Part shown: positions 14,160 to 28,255 of the stretch, piece after piece
Layout of the letters: every line of letters starts with the position of its first letter
How positions within the stretch are numbered: position 1 is the first letter of the stretch
Assembly (NCBI RefSeq): GCF_964355755.1
Contig: NC_092671.1
Location: forward strand, 9,858,001 to 9,922,000
Source of the DNA: Antedon mediterranea
Taxonomy: Eukaryota; Animalia; Echinodermata
Direction of reading: 5' to 3'
Length of the DNA stretch: 64,000 bases
Made by a program: the position numbers and the translations under genes
The notes under the pieces: generated by a model
Databases searched by the model: none
Seen by the model: only the letters and a program-made list of their open reading frames with translations
What the model was told of the DNA's origin: nothing

Positions 14160-14720
14160 CACATATCAAGATTTGGAGAGATGTATGGGTTTTGAAATGT
14201 TACAGACAGCATACATAACAAGAATAACTGACGACAATAGGTAGGTGGAGAAAAAGATTTTATAGAGTGGCGACCAAGACCTGGAAAAGTTGAAGACAAG
14301 GAAGAAAAAAAAGAAGGTGGAGATGACATGAAGAGATATTTGAGCAATTTAAACAGGTCGAATGATTGACAAAGGAAATTGAAAATTCTTGAGAAGGGTG
14401 AAATCCAGCAACCACAAAAATGAAAAGAATAAGCGAGAGACCAAGATCAAAAGATAGAAATGGATTGTGCCATGTGATGAGAAGGAAAAACAATAGTCAG
14501 TATATGCCACCAATCTGGTGATTCAAGCGTTGCATCCATTTTAAATAAAGTTGTTATTATTATATTATTATAGTTATGACATGAAAAGGCAGAAGAAGAG
14601 TTGGACGGCCCAAAACAACATGGAGGAGGACAGTGGAAATAGAGAGAAAACCTAGGATGGAGGACATGGAACGAAGAAAAACAAATCGCCGCCAATAGAA
14701 CCAACTGGAAATTGCCAATA
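14160..14720 (+). mobile_element. Degraded 3' fragments of RTE-like non-LTR retrotransposons
   Basis: Remnant peptides such as WRPRPGK and RRVGRPKTTWRRTVE...QIAANRTNW resemble RTE ORF C-termini; frameshifted. Confidence 0.5.
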
Positions 14721-14848
14721 CAGCCATATGGGCCAGGAGGCTCAAAGAGGTTAGGTAGGTAGTGGTGAGGTCATGTGGTGAAATCAAGTCATTAAGCAAA
14801 GATATCAAAACCATCAAAAGTTAAAAGCTATATACAAACTATACAAAC

Positions 14849-15021
14849 CTTTGTGTATTCGTCGTTTGTGGTGTTATAGGTGTTGATTTGTCAGGCTCTA
14901 TAGAGTTTGTAGGTGACACGCCAGATTTAGATGCAGGAGAGACATCAGATTTATTAGCTTGAGTTGTAGTTGTTGAACTACTTGCGTTCACGGTTTTAGA
15001 ATCTTGAGTTTTAACTGCTTT
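14849..15021 (-). CDS. LARP4: LARP4-family coding exon 12 (S/T-rich)
   Basis: ttcag|AAA GCA GTT ... CAA AG|GTTTGT; open frame KAVKTQDSKTVNASSSTTTTQ...; phase 0 to 2. Not present in the ORF track. Confidence 0.8.
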
Positions 15022-15462
15022 CTGAAATTTTACATTTAAATATTTTATAAAATCTGATAGAATAAAGACATTACAACATTATGAATGAAGATTTGATGCA
15101 TACTAACTACATTAATGGCTAAATAAGATATAGAGTACAATAAAACTCTAATTTTCTGACTACATCACTACTAAAACTAGAATTTATTAAGATTTTATAG
15201 AGAAATGTGGTTACTTGAAATATAGAAACCGGAAACATTGATAATAATAAAACTTATTTAATTATTTCTATGAATCATTAAACTCTCAATTCTCAAGTGT
15301 TTAATTCCCTTGTGCTGAGATTTAAATTTGAGTATAAAATTTGTGTTTTAATAGTTTGACATTTAAACCTATAATATCCATGCATAATCAATGTTATTTC
15401 ACGGTATTCATTTAACTTCATATTACACTCAAAGACAATCAACATAATTTTTCGTTACTTAC

Positions 15463-15721
15463 GATTCCTTTACAAATATCTGCAAACTTGGTAACAGTTT
15501 CTGCTTCTGTAACCTCTTTTTGTACGACCTCTTTCCCAACTTCGACTCTGGAGTTTTCGGTATGTCCTGGAAGTGGTGGAAAAGAGGAAGGGTCTAAAGA
15601 GGGCGAAGGAATTTTAACAACTGGTTCCTTCTCTTTGGTTTCTCTGAAAGATTTTCGACTGGATGCACTATCATGACGACGTCGAGGGCGCTCGTTGAAA
15701 GGCAAGCTTCCAGTACTTCTT
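15463..15721 (-). CDS. LARP4: LARP4-family coding exon 11 (PSPSLDPSSFPPLPG motif)
   Basis: Resembles LARP4B PSPSFELGLSSFPPLPG; ttcag|A ... ATC|GTAAGT; phase 2 to 0. Confidence 0.9.
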
Positions 15722-16051
15722 CTGAAACCAAATCAATTTAAACATTTTAACATGACAAAAAAATAATTCTTATATTATAAAAAATAGAGAAACAGGAACT
15801 GAGGTAAAAACCGCTCATTGTATAATATTCTGATTGTCTATACAATTAGTATCTTTCAAGTATGTTTTGAAAAATTCATTCACAAACAAATTTATTCACA
15901 GTAATACAATACCACTGTTTTTATGATAATTTAAAATATGTGAAACTGCAAACCGTCCGGTGATACTGTATACTGGTAATTAATTTAAGTAATTAATTAA
16001 TAAACATCTGTGACAATGAGAAAAAGTCGCCACAACCAAGATATAAACACA

Positions 16052-16176
16052 TAAGCATACTACCATATTTTATGTAAGCATACTACCATATTTTATGTAA
16101 GCATACTACCATATTTTATGTAAGCATACTACCATATTTTATGTAAGCATACTACCATATGTAAGCATCCTACCAT
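16052..16176. repeat. 23-bp minisatellite TAAGCATACTACCATATTTTATG, about 5.5 copies
   Basis: Direct tandem copies visible. Confidence 0.9.
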
Positions 16177-17197
16177 TAGACAACTGGGGTTTTTATGGTA
16201 TGGTTCAAACACAATTTAATAGTAACTCTTTAACATCCTTGGCATGGTACTATGGAAAACCACTGGTTCTCAATTGTACACATATGCAACAGATTATATG
16301 CCTTAGTCTTATATACTAATTTAAACAACACATAATCTAAAACTTCCATATTTCTATGAACTTATTTTTCTTCACGTGCTAAGTGTCCTAGGGGCCCTAT
16401 ATCCACAACCTGCAATCAATGGAACCTCACAACTGCCTCCTACACTCTTCACTGAAAACCTCTTGTATTACACCATTGAGGTCTGATTGCATTCAGCCTT
16501 ATTATATACATGTGGGCATATATCATTAAATCTATATGAAAAGCATTTCTTTAAGTTCTACATGACTTGTCTAACGATCCTCCCGAGTCTCGATTGCAAA
16601 ATATCAACACATAAAGAGCCGCGTGATGTAGTTATACTAAAATAAAGTTAATGAACTTTGGTTTATATGCTAGAATTGTTTTTATCATGTAGTTTCCATT
16701 TCTTATAAGCTATAATATGAATCAATTTCAACCAAGTATTTCTAATAATATTTTTCAAATTAGTACTAGTAGCTTTTACTCCTAATTTCTTTTGCATACA
16801 TATATTAAGTAACGAATAAAAAATGCGAATTCAATGATTTCCTTCTTTGAAGTAAGCTTTTCTAGGTCTTTGGATTTATTTTAGAGTTACATTAATATTC
16901 AGGGAACAAAACTAATCAGGGGACACTTTCCTGTGAAACAAAAAATGGACAAAACATTGTATGTTTTAACGCTACAGTCAACCAACACCTTTTAACATAG
17001 TGTTTTATAGGAGTTCATATTTTATGCTTAAAGCAGAATAGCTATATCATATCAGTTAGATATGTATAGATTTTTCTTATCAATCTCGCAAATTTATCCT
17101 TCACATTTACATATTGCTGGCAGTTGCCTTGCTGTTCAAATGTAAAGTTATCAACAACTGTTTTATTAATATTAATTATTTGTTTGCTTGAGCTTAC

Positions 17198-17491
17198 CTA
17201 TTCATTTGTTGTTGTCCCTTTACATTGTTATAATCCTCGTGATTCCTGGTTCGCGTATGCACGGGTCCATCATTATTCCGTCTGGTGAATCCGTTTTGTT
17301 GATAATCACGTCCTTCATTTGAAAGTTTCCTTTCATTTTTTTGTTCTCGGTCATAGTTCATAGGTCGAGGGTTACTATTAATACTTTGAGCTGTATGGCG
17401 TCGTTCATTTGCTTTATAAATGTTCTCATCAGAAACGCCATGCTCTATTGATCGAAATTCAGGTGTGCTCAATGTTCTGGACTTTGTTTGC
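17198..17491 (-). CDS. LARP4: LARP4-family coding exon 10 (R/N-rich)
   Basis: atcag|G CAA ACA AAG ... AAT AG|GTAAGC; phase 2 to 2. Confidence 0.85.
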
Positions 17492-18911
17492 CTGATAATT
17501 AATAATAAATGTTATTACAGCATAGCATAATAATAATAAAAAAAATATGAAAAAAACAGAACCAAAGACAATGAAGCTATGGTAAATAATAATGATACTA
17601 CTGTATATTAATAATGATGATGAAAGCAATGATGGACTAATAACTAAGGTTGGTTGGTTCAAATGCAAAGATACGGTACAGTAGCTAGGGTATAGATAAA
17701 TGCCGATTTATGTGGATCCCCAGTCGATAGTGATTTATAGTTCACTTTTGGGGTTCCCTGTTTGTTTGGGTCTATGTTCTTAGCTTGTGTATTTTATTGT
17801 TTTTGTTTTTGTATTGAGAAGTATAAAGGAAATGATCATTAAAACAATGATAGTTATACTGTTTAAATGTTGATGTTAAAATGTATTACATTACAAGATA
17901 AGTGAAAAGTGAAAATCACATTTGGATCTCACAAAACATTATTGAAACAAAAATGCAGCAATTGTGGAATAAAAATAGAATAATTTAAAATATGAAATGA
18001 TTGATGTCCGTTTACTTATTAGAGTGTTATTGTGTTTACGTATCACAACTTTATATCAAAACAAATTGATTGCCATGGGACCAAGTCCAACTAGATATTG
18101 GACGTTCATCTTAATTAATTATTCATTTTGTAATTATTAAAGATAATTATTAGATACTAAATGATATTAATCATAATGTATTTATTATTCTTTTTCCTGC
18201 TACCGATTTGTAAATGTTGACAACTAGCTATTATTTTTGGTTATATTAAAAAAGGTTTATTAGTAAATAAAATCTATTATTAATGTTTAACAATATTTAT
18301 TATTATTAATATAAACAGTTTATTAATAAAAACAATCTGTTATTAATGCTTAACAATATATTATTATTAAAAAGTTTATTAGTAAATATAATCTATTATT
18401 ACTGTTTAACAATATATTTTATTTTTAATATAAACAGTTTATTAGTAAACAGAATATATTATTAAAGCTAACAATATATATAAAATAATGTTGATTATTA
18501 TTATTGTTTAACAATATATATATTATTATTAATATAACTAGTTTATTATTAAACAGAATCTATTATTAAAGCTAACAATATATATTAAAATAATTTTGTT
18601 TATGGTAATAATTATGTAAGATATCCCACCGCACCAGAAATCATTAAACATATATTGTGCCTAGCAAATTATGACTATGATAGGATTCTAACTTGAATTT
18701 TGTATTACTATTCCCAAACATGGAACATCTTCAGCCCTAATGGTTCCTTCGGGGCAATCATTTAAAACTCTAGCAAATTACACTGCCTTAATGTTCACTG
18801 AACAATGCTATTAAACATTTCTCAGCACAGGGTATGAATTTACAATAATGGATATTATGTATGATTGTTTGCAATCAGTATACATATTAAAATAAACTGA
18901 AATCACATTAC

Positions 18912-19006
18912 CTGCTAGTCATATTTCTATTTGTATATACTTGTCGATTTCCGTAAGGTATTTTTTGATGAGGTGGAAAGGCACTAGAAGAGAAAGGCTG
19001 CTGCGG
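18912..19006 (-). CDS. LARP4: LARP4-family coding exon 9
   Basis: ttgtag|CCG CAG CAG CCT ... AGC AG|GTAATG; PQQPFSSSAFPPHQKIPYGNRQVYTNRNMTSR; phase 0 to 2 bridges exons 8 and 10. Confidence 0.8.
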
Positions 19007-20656
19007 CTACAAGACAAAATAAAACACCAGAAAATGTTATATATAATACATTTTTTGTTATACAACAAGCAAGTAATGAGCCAAACTGGATGGATAAACT
19101 ATAATTTATCATGCTTATAATGTAAATAATCCTTTCACATCGCCTAGCAAACACTTGAGCTTACACATAGCATAAAAAGCTAGGGAGGAGTGGAGGTGGA
19201 GTGTAAACTCTGAAGTTTTTCTAGGCAATGTCAAAGGGGTACTAGTCTCGTTTAAGGCTTTAAGCGCAGTAGAAAGAGTTGACACTAGGGTAGGACTGGA
19301 AGGCAAGCACGTAAACCACCAAGCAAAAGGGAAAAAAAAAACATTAAAGGCATTAACATAGCCTGCCCTCTATATGCATTAAATTTCTTTTCCAATTTAT
19401 TTCTTATGACTGTGCTAATTTATTGGTTCTGACACGGAGATGTATCACGGAAAACAGAAAAAAAAAAGAACTTGAGACAGTAATGTAATAAAACCATTTG
19501 CAGTTATTAAATAGACCATTTATGAGACTATATAATAATTGATTTCTCAGGTTTTCATGTGTTCTTATTGTGATAATAATGACGTAGGTATGAGGATTGA
19601 TAATGATTAATGATAACGGTAAGAATAATGTCAAATATTGCGTAAAATTAATAATCACATAACGGTTGATGATACAAGAAGAATGGGTAGATAAAACTAG
19701 TGAATAAAGGAGGTATGATGACGGCAGTGACGAGGTCGGTACTGGCAATGATAAGGAAGAGGATGTTAAAAATAATGATAACGCCAATGTTGTTCAGGAA
19801 GATGTCGCTAATTCAATGATGGATGATGACACTGTTGATAAAACGAAGACGACAACATAGTTATCTCTGGCATGAGCTAAAAAAAGACTAATGCTCTTAA
19901 TACATGGAAAGATAATGGTAAAGAATCTTAAATAATAAGATCAGGGCTAACAGCAAAACTTTGAAACAATTCATCATATCCGTGATTCACTAAGACCGTG
20001 AGCGTGCCCGTTAGTACATCCATCAATCTACTTGTCACAATCTCTTAGCGTACATACTGCATTAATCTATATGTTTTGTCTTGCCCACTCATCTTTCTGC
20101 CGTTCAACATGTATCACCACGCACTGCACACAAAACATTAACGTAATAAAAATAAAAGATAAATGAACTATAATAGCTATATATAAAAATAATCAATCTA
20201 AAACCTAATAAATATCAATAATATTTGAAATCAAATCAAACTTCAGCCCACACTAATGCCCAACAAAATCAATGTAAAATTATAAATAAATACAAAATAC
20301 ACAGCCAATAATAATTTCAAAATCATTAACTATTTCACAATTAAATAATAGAGAATATCAATAAAAAATGTACATTCACTTTGAACATTTTCACCTGCCA
20401 AAAAAATGTATGAAAACACTTTTCAGAACTAGTGGCAGATGGTACAGATTGAATGTGTTATAATCTCAATGCCAATTTTATAAATCCTTTATATTATATG
20501 AAAAACATGTTTGCACATAAATAATAAAATGAATATCATTATCAAACAGAAAATAAATTATGCGATAATTTTTAAACAAATTTTAAGAGGAATGATAGTA
20601 CTGTATATGAACAACTAATAAATGTTATTTTTGTGAATACTTCAATAAACTTGTAC

Positions 20657-20783
20657 AAGCCCATCCTCAATAGTAAGCCCATCCTCAATAGTAAGCTCAT
20701 CCTCAATAGTAAGCTCATCCTCAATAGTAAGCTCATCCTCAATAGTAAGTCCATCCTCAATAATAAGCCCATCCTCAATAATA
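20657..20783. repeat. 18-bp minisatellite AAGC(C/T)CATCCTCAATAGT, about 7 copies
   Basis: Direct tandem copies visible. Confidence 0.9.
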
Positions 20784-23081
20784 AGGCATCTTAAGTCACA
20801 AGTCCGTCTATAGAAAAGCTATTTGTAATGTATTTTAATTTTATTAGAGGCCTGTGAATAATATCAGTTGACACTCTGGGCAAAAACGGATAGATGGTTG
20901 AAAAAAAAAAATAAATAAATAAAAAGTAATTAGCCCAATTTTCTTCCACCCACCCAGTCAAGGCCTTCTAAGGTATTCTCCTAAGCGTAATTTTTTACTT
21001 TCGCACACAAAATGAGCCTAGGTTAATACCACCATCAAGAATTGTTTGCATACATCCTAACCAAGTTTATAGATTTCAATTTAATTCTTTTTTATTTATT
21101 AAAGATTAAATAACAAGTAGGTGTGTAACAAAATCACATGACGTTTTTCATCCAATACGGTTTAATTATAAAATATGATAATTTGGTAGGTAAATAAAGC
21201 ATGTCCGGTACAAATCATGAATGGAACAAAGGTTAATTAATTTGTATTTAGATTATATTGCTGTCACGCTTCACTGAATTCTATTGTTTATATTTAATAA
21301 TCATAGTTGAAATAATTAATTTTATATCAAATATTAGCCGGTTCATGTTAGTTATGTACAGATGTCTACGATTACTACGATAAAATGAATGTGTTTTTTT
21401 TTTTAAACTTTGGCTAGGAAAACAATTACATTTTACAAAGAGCTTATCATATTCTCAAGTGTAATTGTATCAATTTAGAAAAACAAAAATGTGTTAATGA
21501 CGTTTCCTGTATTGAATTTTAAAAAGAATTACCGAGTATAAAAGGCGATTATCAATTATATTGTTATGTTGTTTTTTATTCAGCACATTTACAGTGAAAT
21601 ATAAAAACATAAGAATTATACATTTAGATTAAACAAGAAAATTATTTGTACACAACGTAAACAACGATGTATCAAAAAAGAAATACAAGTATTTAACAAA
21701 TTAAAGGACTGGCATACAATATCAACTGAACATCAGACGAGTGATGGCGCAATTCACCGAACCATGACGAATGACAGAAGATCATGTCAACGTCATTTGC
21801 GTGACCAAGGCTACTGAAAATAGCCGAAACATAGCAACTAAGTACTTGACAACTGGTTTAACAAAAAAGTTAACATTTATTTTTTTAAATACAATATCAG
21901 ATTTTCTACACCCCCATGCTTTTGATCACAACATCTCCATTAAACTCTTATATTCTTACAATGACAACAAAATCATTCATACACAGTTGTTGACGTAAGC
22001 ACACGCTTAATGATGTAACAAAATCAGCTGTCTTTACTCTCCTGTCTTTTCTTTAACTTGTTTTTCACAATTTCTGTTCAGATTTCTGAGAGGCTAATGC
22101 ATGATGAAATAGCGATCTTAATAGGAAAGTATATCAAGATAAATTTCACAAGTTTTTATTGTAACGCAACTCTAAAGATAAATGGCTGGCTGTTAAAAGA
22201 TTCTGGATCTATTAATTAAAACTATTTTATACACATTGCTAAAAATGGCTGCTTTATCAACGTTTACAAAGAATAAGAATCAATTTTAATTAATCTAAAG
22301 TAACAAATTAGTATGATTATGTGGGACAAGTTATAATGACAGAATTTTTTGCAATACTGTCTTCTATTCTATAGATTTTTTCCATTTTCTAATGATGATC
22401 ATTTTTTTTTCCTGTAGAGATACTTTATTAGTTTTCCACAGAATATTGGAAGCAGCGCTCTTCGGAGATTTGTTAAATAGATTAATCAAATCATTGGAGC
22501 ATTAGGTACCAGCTTTAAATAAAAAATGATGTATTCCAAAGCGAGTTTGACAATTACTTGTCGGCTGCCATTAAAATTTAATCTTCAATTATATGTCAAG
22601 ATTAGCATGGCAGACATGAAAGGTTGCCAGGTTATCTGTACAATTATACCAATATAAACATTTTATTTTAATATGATAGATAATCTCAGATACTGTTTCC
22701 CAAAATTATGTTAATTACCATCTATACAAATATTAAAAAAAAAAAGTTTTATGATATTGCAGGACCATTAAGTTGTATATTATTTGTTGTATTGTGAAAT
22801 AAACAAATTGCATGCCACCTGATTTTAATGATGGCATATCTAAAAGTAAATATATGAATACACGATATTCAAATGGAAGAGCAATCAAAATGCACAGAAA
22901 TGTTTTTATTTTAACATTGTGCCCTCAACACACAACTGTGGAGTACAGTCACCAGCACAACTTCACAGAAGTGAGATATGATGGATGAACTATTGTAGTG
23001 CAACACAAAAAAATAGGAAATTCCCCATTTAAATATTATGTATGCGTATATATTGCAAAAAAAAAACCAACAAAATCTTAC

Positions 23082-23333
23082 CACATTAGGTGCCTCAAAA
23101 AATGATTGCGTTGTTGTCCACCCTTGTGGCAGTATTTGTGGATAGTACGAGAGCGGTGGGCCAGTATGTACGCCGTTCATCTGCGGTTGTGAAACGGCAG
23201 GGTACTGGAATGCCTGTGGTATTGCCGCTGGGGGCTGGGCATACGTAGATGGACCGGACGGCGTTTGACTAAATCCATTACGGGATTTGGGTGGGTAAGG
23301 AACACGTTGAAGAGGCTTGGCTTTTATCCTTGC
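23082..23333 (-). CDS. LARP4: LARP4-family coding exon 8 (ARIKAK end of RRM, then P/Q/Y-rich region)
   Basis: ttttag|GCA AGG ATA AAA GCC AAG ... AAT GTG|GTAAGA; ARIKAK matches vertebrate LARP4B. Confidence 0.92.
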
Positions 23334-23709
23334 CTAAAAATAATCAAACAATAAATAGTATAAGGTTATAACAATACTATAATACTTGAGGTTATCAGAA
23401 AAATCCCATGCCTAGCCTTCTAACCAATTGCACTCAAGGAAAAATGGCATGACCACACAGTTATACGTTAACAATTGTGTAGGTACATCAATATCAATTC
23501 TCAGATGGCTACTTTGTACAATGATAAACGTCATCCATTCTGAATGCGACATTAAAGTGATGAGGTAATATTCATTTCTTAATCGCAGGCGTAAGCACTT
23601 TTAAGTATCATCAGTACGCTCTCATCAAGCCTCATAAGAAGACAGGATAAGTCTGGTATTGGATTCATTTTCCGCTGGTAATTAAACATCTTCTGAAATT
23701 TGAACATAC

Positions 23710-23874
23710 CATAATCGGTTTTCCTTGAAACGTCTGGACAACTTCACGCAAGTAGCGATACGCATTTTGTGCGTCGATGTCCGAGTCAAAGGTGATGTAC
23801 CAGTTGTTGTTATGCGCAAATTCACAGCTTACCATCGGAGGGCAAGTTGGACCTGAAAACAACTTACGAACATC
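23710..23874 (-). CDS. LARP4: LARP4-family coding exon 7 (RRM)
   Basis: [39 protein letters not shown] closely matches the LARP4/4B RRM; phase 0 to 0. Confidence 0.96.
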
Positions 23875-25067
23875 CTAGAAATTAAAGATAAAAAGCAAGA
23901 GTTTGTCATGAAAGAGAACATATATGAAGCGAATAGATTATTATTGCGACATCCAAAAATCTTTCTCAATCATCATTATTATTGTACTGTACATATTTGT
24001 AGACAGTACAAATTTGTTTTGAAGAGTTTTCACGAATTAAAAATAATCCACAATTGCATGACATCAAATGTTCAGTTTAATCTATTATCTTCAATTGCTA
24101 TAATGCCACAGGCATACATTTAATACAATAACCAATGTTTTCATGTATTATAAATCTGTATATGAAAATAATCTCATCTGGTTTCGGTCTAGCATAATTT
24201 CATTGCTATGTGATTATTCGTACTGTATACAATGTATTCGTTAGTAATACGGGGCAAACCATAAGCGATTTGTTATAGCTTTCATTTGTTATTGGTGAAA
24301 AAGAAATCATGTATAATATTTGAATTTTATTGATTTAACAAAATCTGTACTGTACTGTAAATAGACTAGAAAGAATGTTAGTATTTGCAGAATGGCATGA
24401 TGGGTAACATGGTTAGCTTATCAATACAGAGGTTTAGGTTTAAATCCTTCCAGTACCAGGATTTTTCTCATGATCAAGATAGACACACTACCTTGGCCTC
24501 TATATTATAATTGGAATTTTATTAATACTAATTACTATATTATAACTACTGTACTGTTAGATGTGACATTTGGCAAAGTAAAATATTCTATAAACAAATA
24601 TGTAATATATATTTTCCTGTATTCAATTTAATAAATTTGACCTGTATCTTTAAATTACTAGAGGTGAAAGACCATAGTTCACGCATGAATACATTGTTAA
24701 CAAATATTATCCATTAAATTCAGCTTCTTAGCTCGTCCGCAAGGAATATGCGATACACCGAGACGCTTCAAAATTCAAATCGAAGTAATTACAAAATTCT
24801 GACGTGCTTATGTGTCATGTGATACACGTTTTATGTCACATGACACGGTAAAACGCGTTTAAAGCATGTGTACTCTTCAACAGTTCAGCTTACATATTCA
24901 TTTTCATTAATTTAGTGACTAGGAATAATTTATTCTTCCAATTATGTCTCAGTCTATTTTAGACACAGATAATATCAATCTAACTCTGTAATACCTTGGT
25001 GAAATTAACATATCCACAGCATTTGTAAGAGTGGTGGATGAATTTATAAGCAAGTAAATTTAAATAA

Positions 25068-25600
25068 GGAGTGAATGAATAAATAAGCAAATAAATGAGT
25101 GAATAAATAAGTAAATAAATAAGTGAGTGAATAAATAAGTAAATAAATAAGTGAGTGAATAAATAAGTAAATAAATAAGTGAGTGAATAAATAAGTAAAT
25201 AAATAAGTGAGTGAATAAATAAGTAAATAAATAAGTGAGTGAATAAATAAGTAAATAAATAAGTGAGTGAATAAATAAGTAAATAAATAAGTGAGTGAAT
25301 AAATATGTAAATAAATAAGTAAATAAATAAGTGAGTGAATAAATATGTAAATAAATAAGTAAATAAATAAGTGAGTGAATAAATATGTAAATAAATAAGT
25401 GAGTGAATAAATATGTAAATAAATAAGTGAGTGAATAAATAAGTAAATAAATAAGTGAGTGAATAAATATGTAAATAAATAAGTAAATAAATAAGTGAGT
25501 GAATAAATATGTAAATAAATAAGTGAGTGAATAAATATGTAAATAAATAAGTGAGTGAATAAATATGTAAATAAATAAGTGAGTGAATAAATATGTAAAT
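25068..25600. repeat. A-rich minisatellite, about 28-bp unit AAATAAGTGAGTGAATAAATA(A/T)GTAAAT
   Basis: Roughly 19 tandem units built from tetranucleotide-like subunits. Confidence 0.92.
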
Positions 25601-27270
25601 CTACAGTAGTGAATGGAAGAATGACTGTGTAAATAAATTAATGATTGTGAAAATATATGAATGAATAAATAAATGAATGGCTGGTGACAGACTATGACTT
25701 CTATAAGAAGTAAATTTACATTATGTTTAATTATTTCAATCAGCATGACACAGAACTGACTCAAGTTGTCTTAATGATACTGCAACTATGACATTAAAGA
25801 CAAATTGTAAAAAGTGAGGGCACTTTAGACAGACACTGGTCATATGACTCATCTAATATCAATAATGCATCAACTCATTCACAAATTATCAATTCACTGA
25901 AACCATGAAACGTATAACACGACCCGTTTCTCAAGCTTAGTAAAACACTGACTTCAATAAATCAGCTTGCCTAGTTTGTTCGTAGTAGACTTTAGCAGTT
26001 TAATGAATGAAATTCTAGTAAACAACCACTTCCGGAGATTATGATAAATTATCGCAAATTCGAATTAAAAGCCGGATTGTAGAATCCATCATCCTACTGG
26101 ATGTCAAAGTAATACAAAAATAGCAATAACAGATTATGGCATCACCATGACAAACTAATGAAAAAACGATCAAATTGAATTAATGAATAATAATAATTAA
26201 CAGAGAATTTCAATAAACTATTATGCTAATTTTATTCCGTTTTTATTCTCCTTAATTTCAATGGTTCATTATAATAATAATATAAAATTATTTAATTAAG
26301 CATTAACTATAGGTCAAAGCTTACGTTAAAAGTATGCAATGTAATTTGCATCTGATAAAATTAAAATATAAATAAAAACAGATTTTGTACTATAGTATGT
26401 AGTATTTTTACTAAATTTATATATTTTTGTATTGTAAGATGGGTAATTACTGACTGTGATGGCTTTTTATTTATTCCAGTTTTGTCTCTTCTTCAAGCAT
26501 TGGTCAAATAGATAATGCAATATGAAAGGGAACTAAATGTAATTGAAATTTCTTTGATACTAAACACTGACTGGTTAATATTCAGTTCTAATATGTCCTT
26601 TCTCATGGTCTACTCAAACAAACGGAATAAAATAAACAACAAATATGAATGAAAAAAAAGACAATTTGCTAGATTGGCCTTCCCACACACCAACTAAAAT
26701 AGTAGATTGTGCAATATAGAGAACAAAATTCAACCATGGCCATTAAAACATCAATCAAAAGCCGGACGCAATAACAACTTTTTGTGAATGACAATTAATT
26801 TATCAAACAAAAGAACATTCAATCAAGAAGCCAGATTTTATACTAGAATTTAATTGGTATAATTTATTTATTTGTTAAGTACGGTATAAATAATACTCAT
26901 TCTTCACAAAACAATGACGTATGTCATTTGATGAAACAAACGTTTGTTGAATTTGAGTGTAGAGTTTGTATACTGTACATTAATGACAATTTGTTGGTCT
27001 AAAAATTTGATAGACTTGATACAAAGATACCCCAAGGAAACATCTTGGCAGCTAATTTTTATAATGGTACCTCCAGAAACACAGTTAACAATGCAGAGTG
27101 ACACCAAGTCAACATGCTATTAAATAGATTAAACAAAAGGAAAAGTTAATTTATCTTAAAGGAAAACCATTGGAATATAAAATAGCCACAATTGCACTGT
27201 CAGAATTTCAAGATTTAGAACCACAGAAAGCAGTATTGGAAAGTAAACAGCTTTAGCATTAAATTACTTT

Positions 27271-28255
27271 GCTCTGTGAACATAATAGGAACAATTAAAC
27301 ACATCAAATTACAACTTCTCTGTGAACATAGCATGATTTTGAACACACCCAAATATAATTGCTCTTTGAACATAGCAAGATTTGAACACACCCAACTATA
27401 ATTGCTCTGTGAACATAGCATGCTTTGAACACACCCAATTATAATTGCTCTGTGAACATAGCAAGAATTAAACACATCAAATTACAATTTCTCTGTGAAC
27501 ATAGCATGATTTTGAACACACCCAAATATAATTGCTCTTTGAACATAGCAAGATTTGAACACACCCAACTATAATTGCTCTGTGAACATAGCATGCTTTG
27601 AACACACCCAATTATAATTGCTCTGTGAACATAGCAAGATTTGAACACACCCAATTATAATCTCTCTGTGAACATAGCAAGATTTGAACACATCCAATTA
27701 TAATTGCTCTGTGAACATAGCAAGATTTGAACACACCCAATTATAATTGCTCTGTGAACATAGCAAGATTTGAACACACCCAATTATAATTGCTCTGTGA
27801 ACATAGCAAGATTTGAACACACCCAATTATAATTGCTCTGTGAACATAGCAAGATTTGAACACACCCAATTATAATTGCTCTGTGAACATAGCAAGATTT
27901 GAACACACCCAATTATAATCGCTCTGTGAACATAGCAAGATTTGAACACACCCAATTATAATTGCTCTGTGAACATAGCAAGATTTGAACACATCCAACT
28001 ACAATTGCTCTGTGAACATAGCAAGATTTGAACACATCCAACTACAATTGCTCTGTGAACATAGCAAGATTTGAACACATCCAACTACAATTGCTCTGTG
28101 AACATAGCAAGATTTGAACACATCCAATAATAATCGCTCTGTGAACATAGCAAGATTTGAACACACTCAATTATAATTCTCTGTGAACATAGCAAGATTT
28201 GAACACATCCAACTACAATTGCTCTGTGAACATAGCAAGATTTGAACACACCTAA
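27271..28255. repeat. 43-bp tandem satellite GCTCTGTGAACATAGCAAGATTTGAACACACCCAATTATAATT, about 23 copies
   Basis: Period of 43 measured between copies at 27706 and 27749; head-to-tail with no spacers. Confidence 0.95.

Noticed and set aside
25060-25764. 234-aa hydrophobic ORF
   Set aside because: It is a translation of a minisatellite, has no splice or homology support, and is not needed for the LARP4 frame.
27271-28255. 43-bp array as a CRISPR array
   Set aside because: Units are head-to-tail with no unique spacers, there are no cas genes, and the context is a eukaryotic intron.
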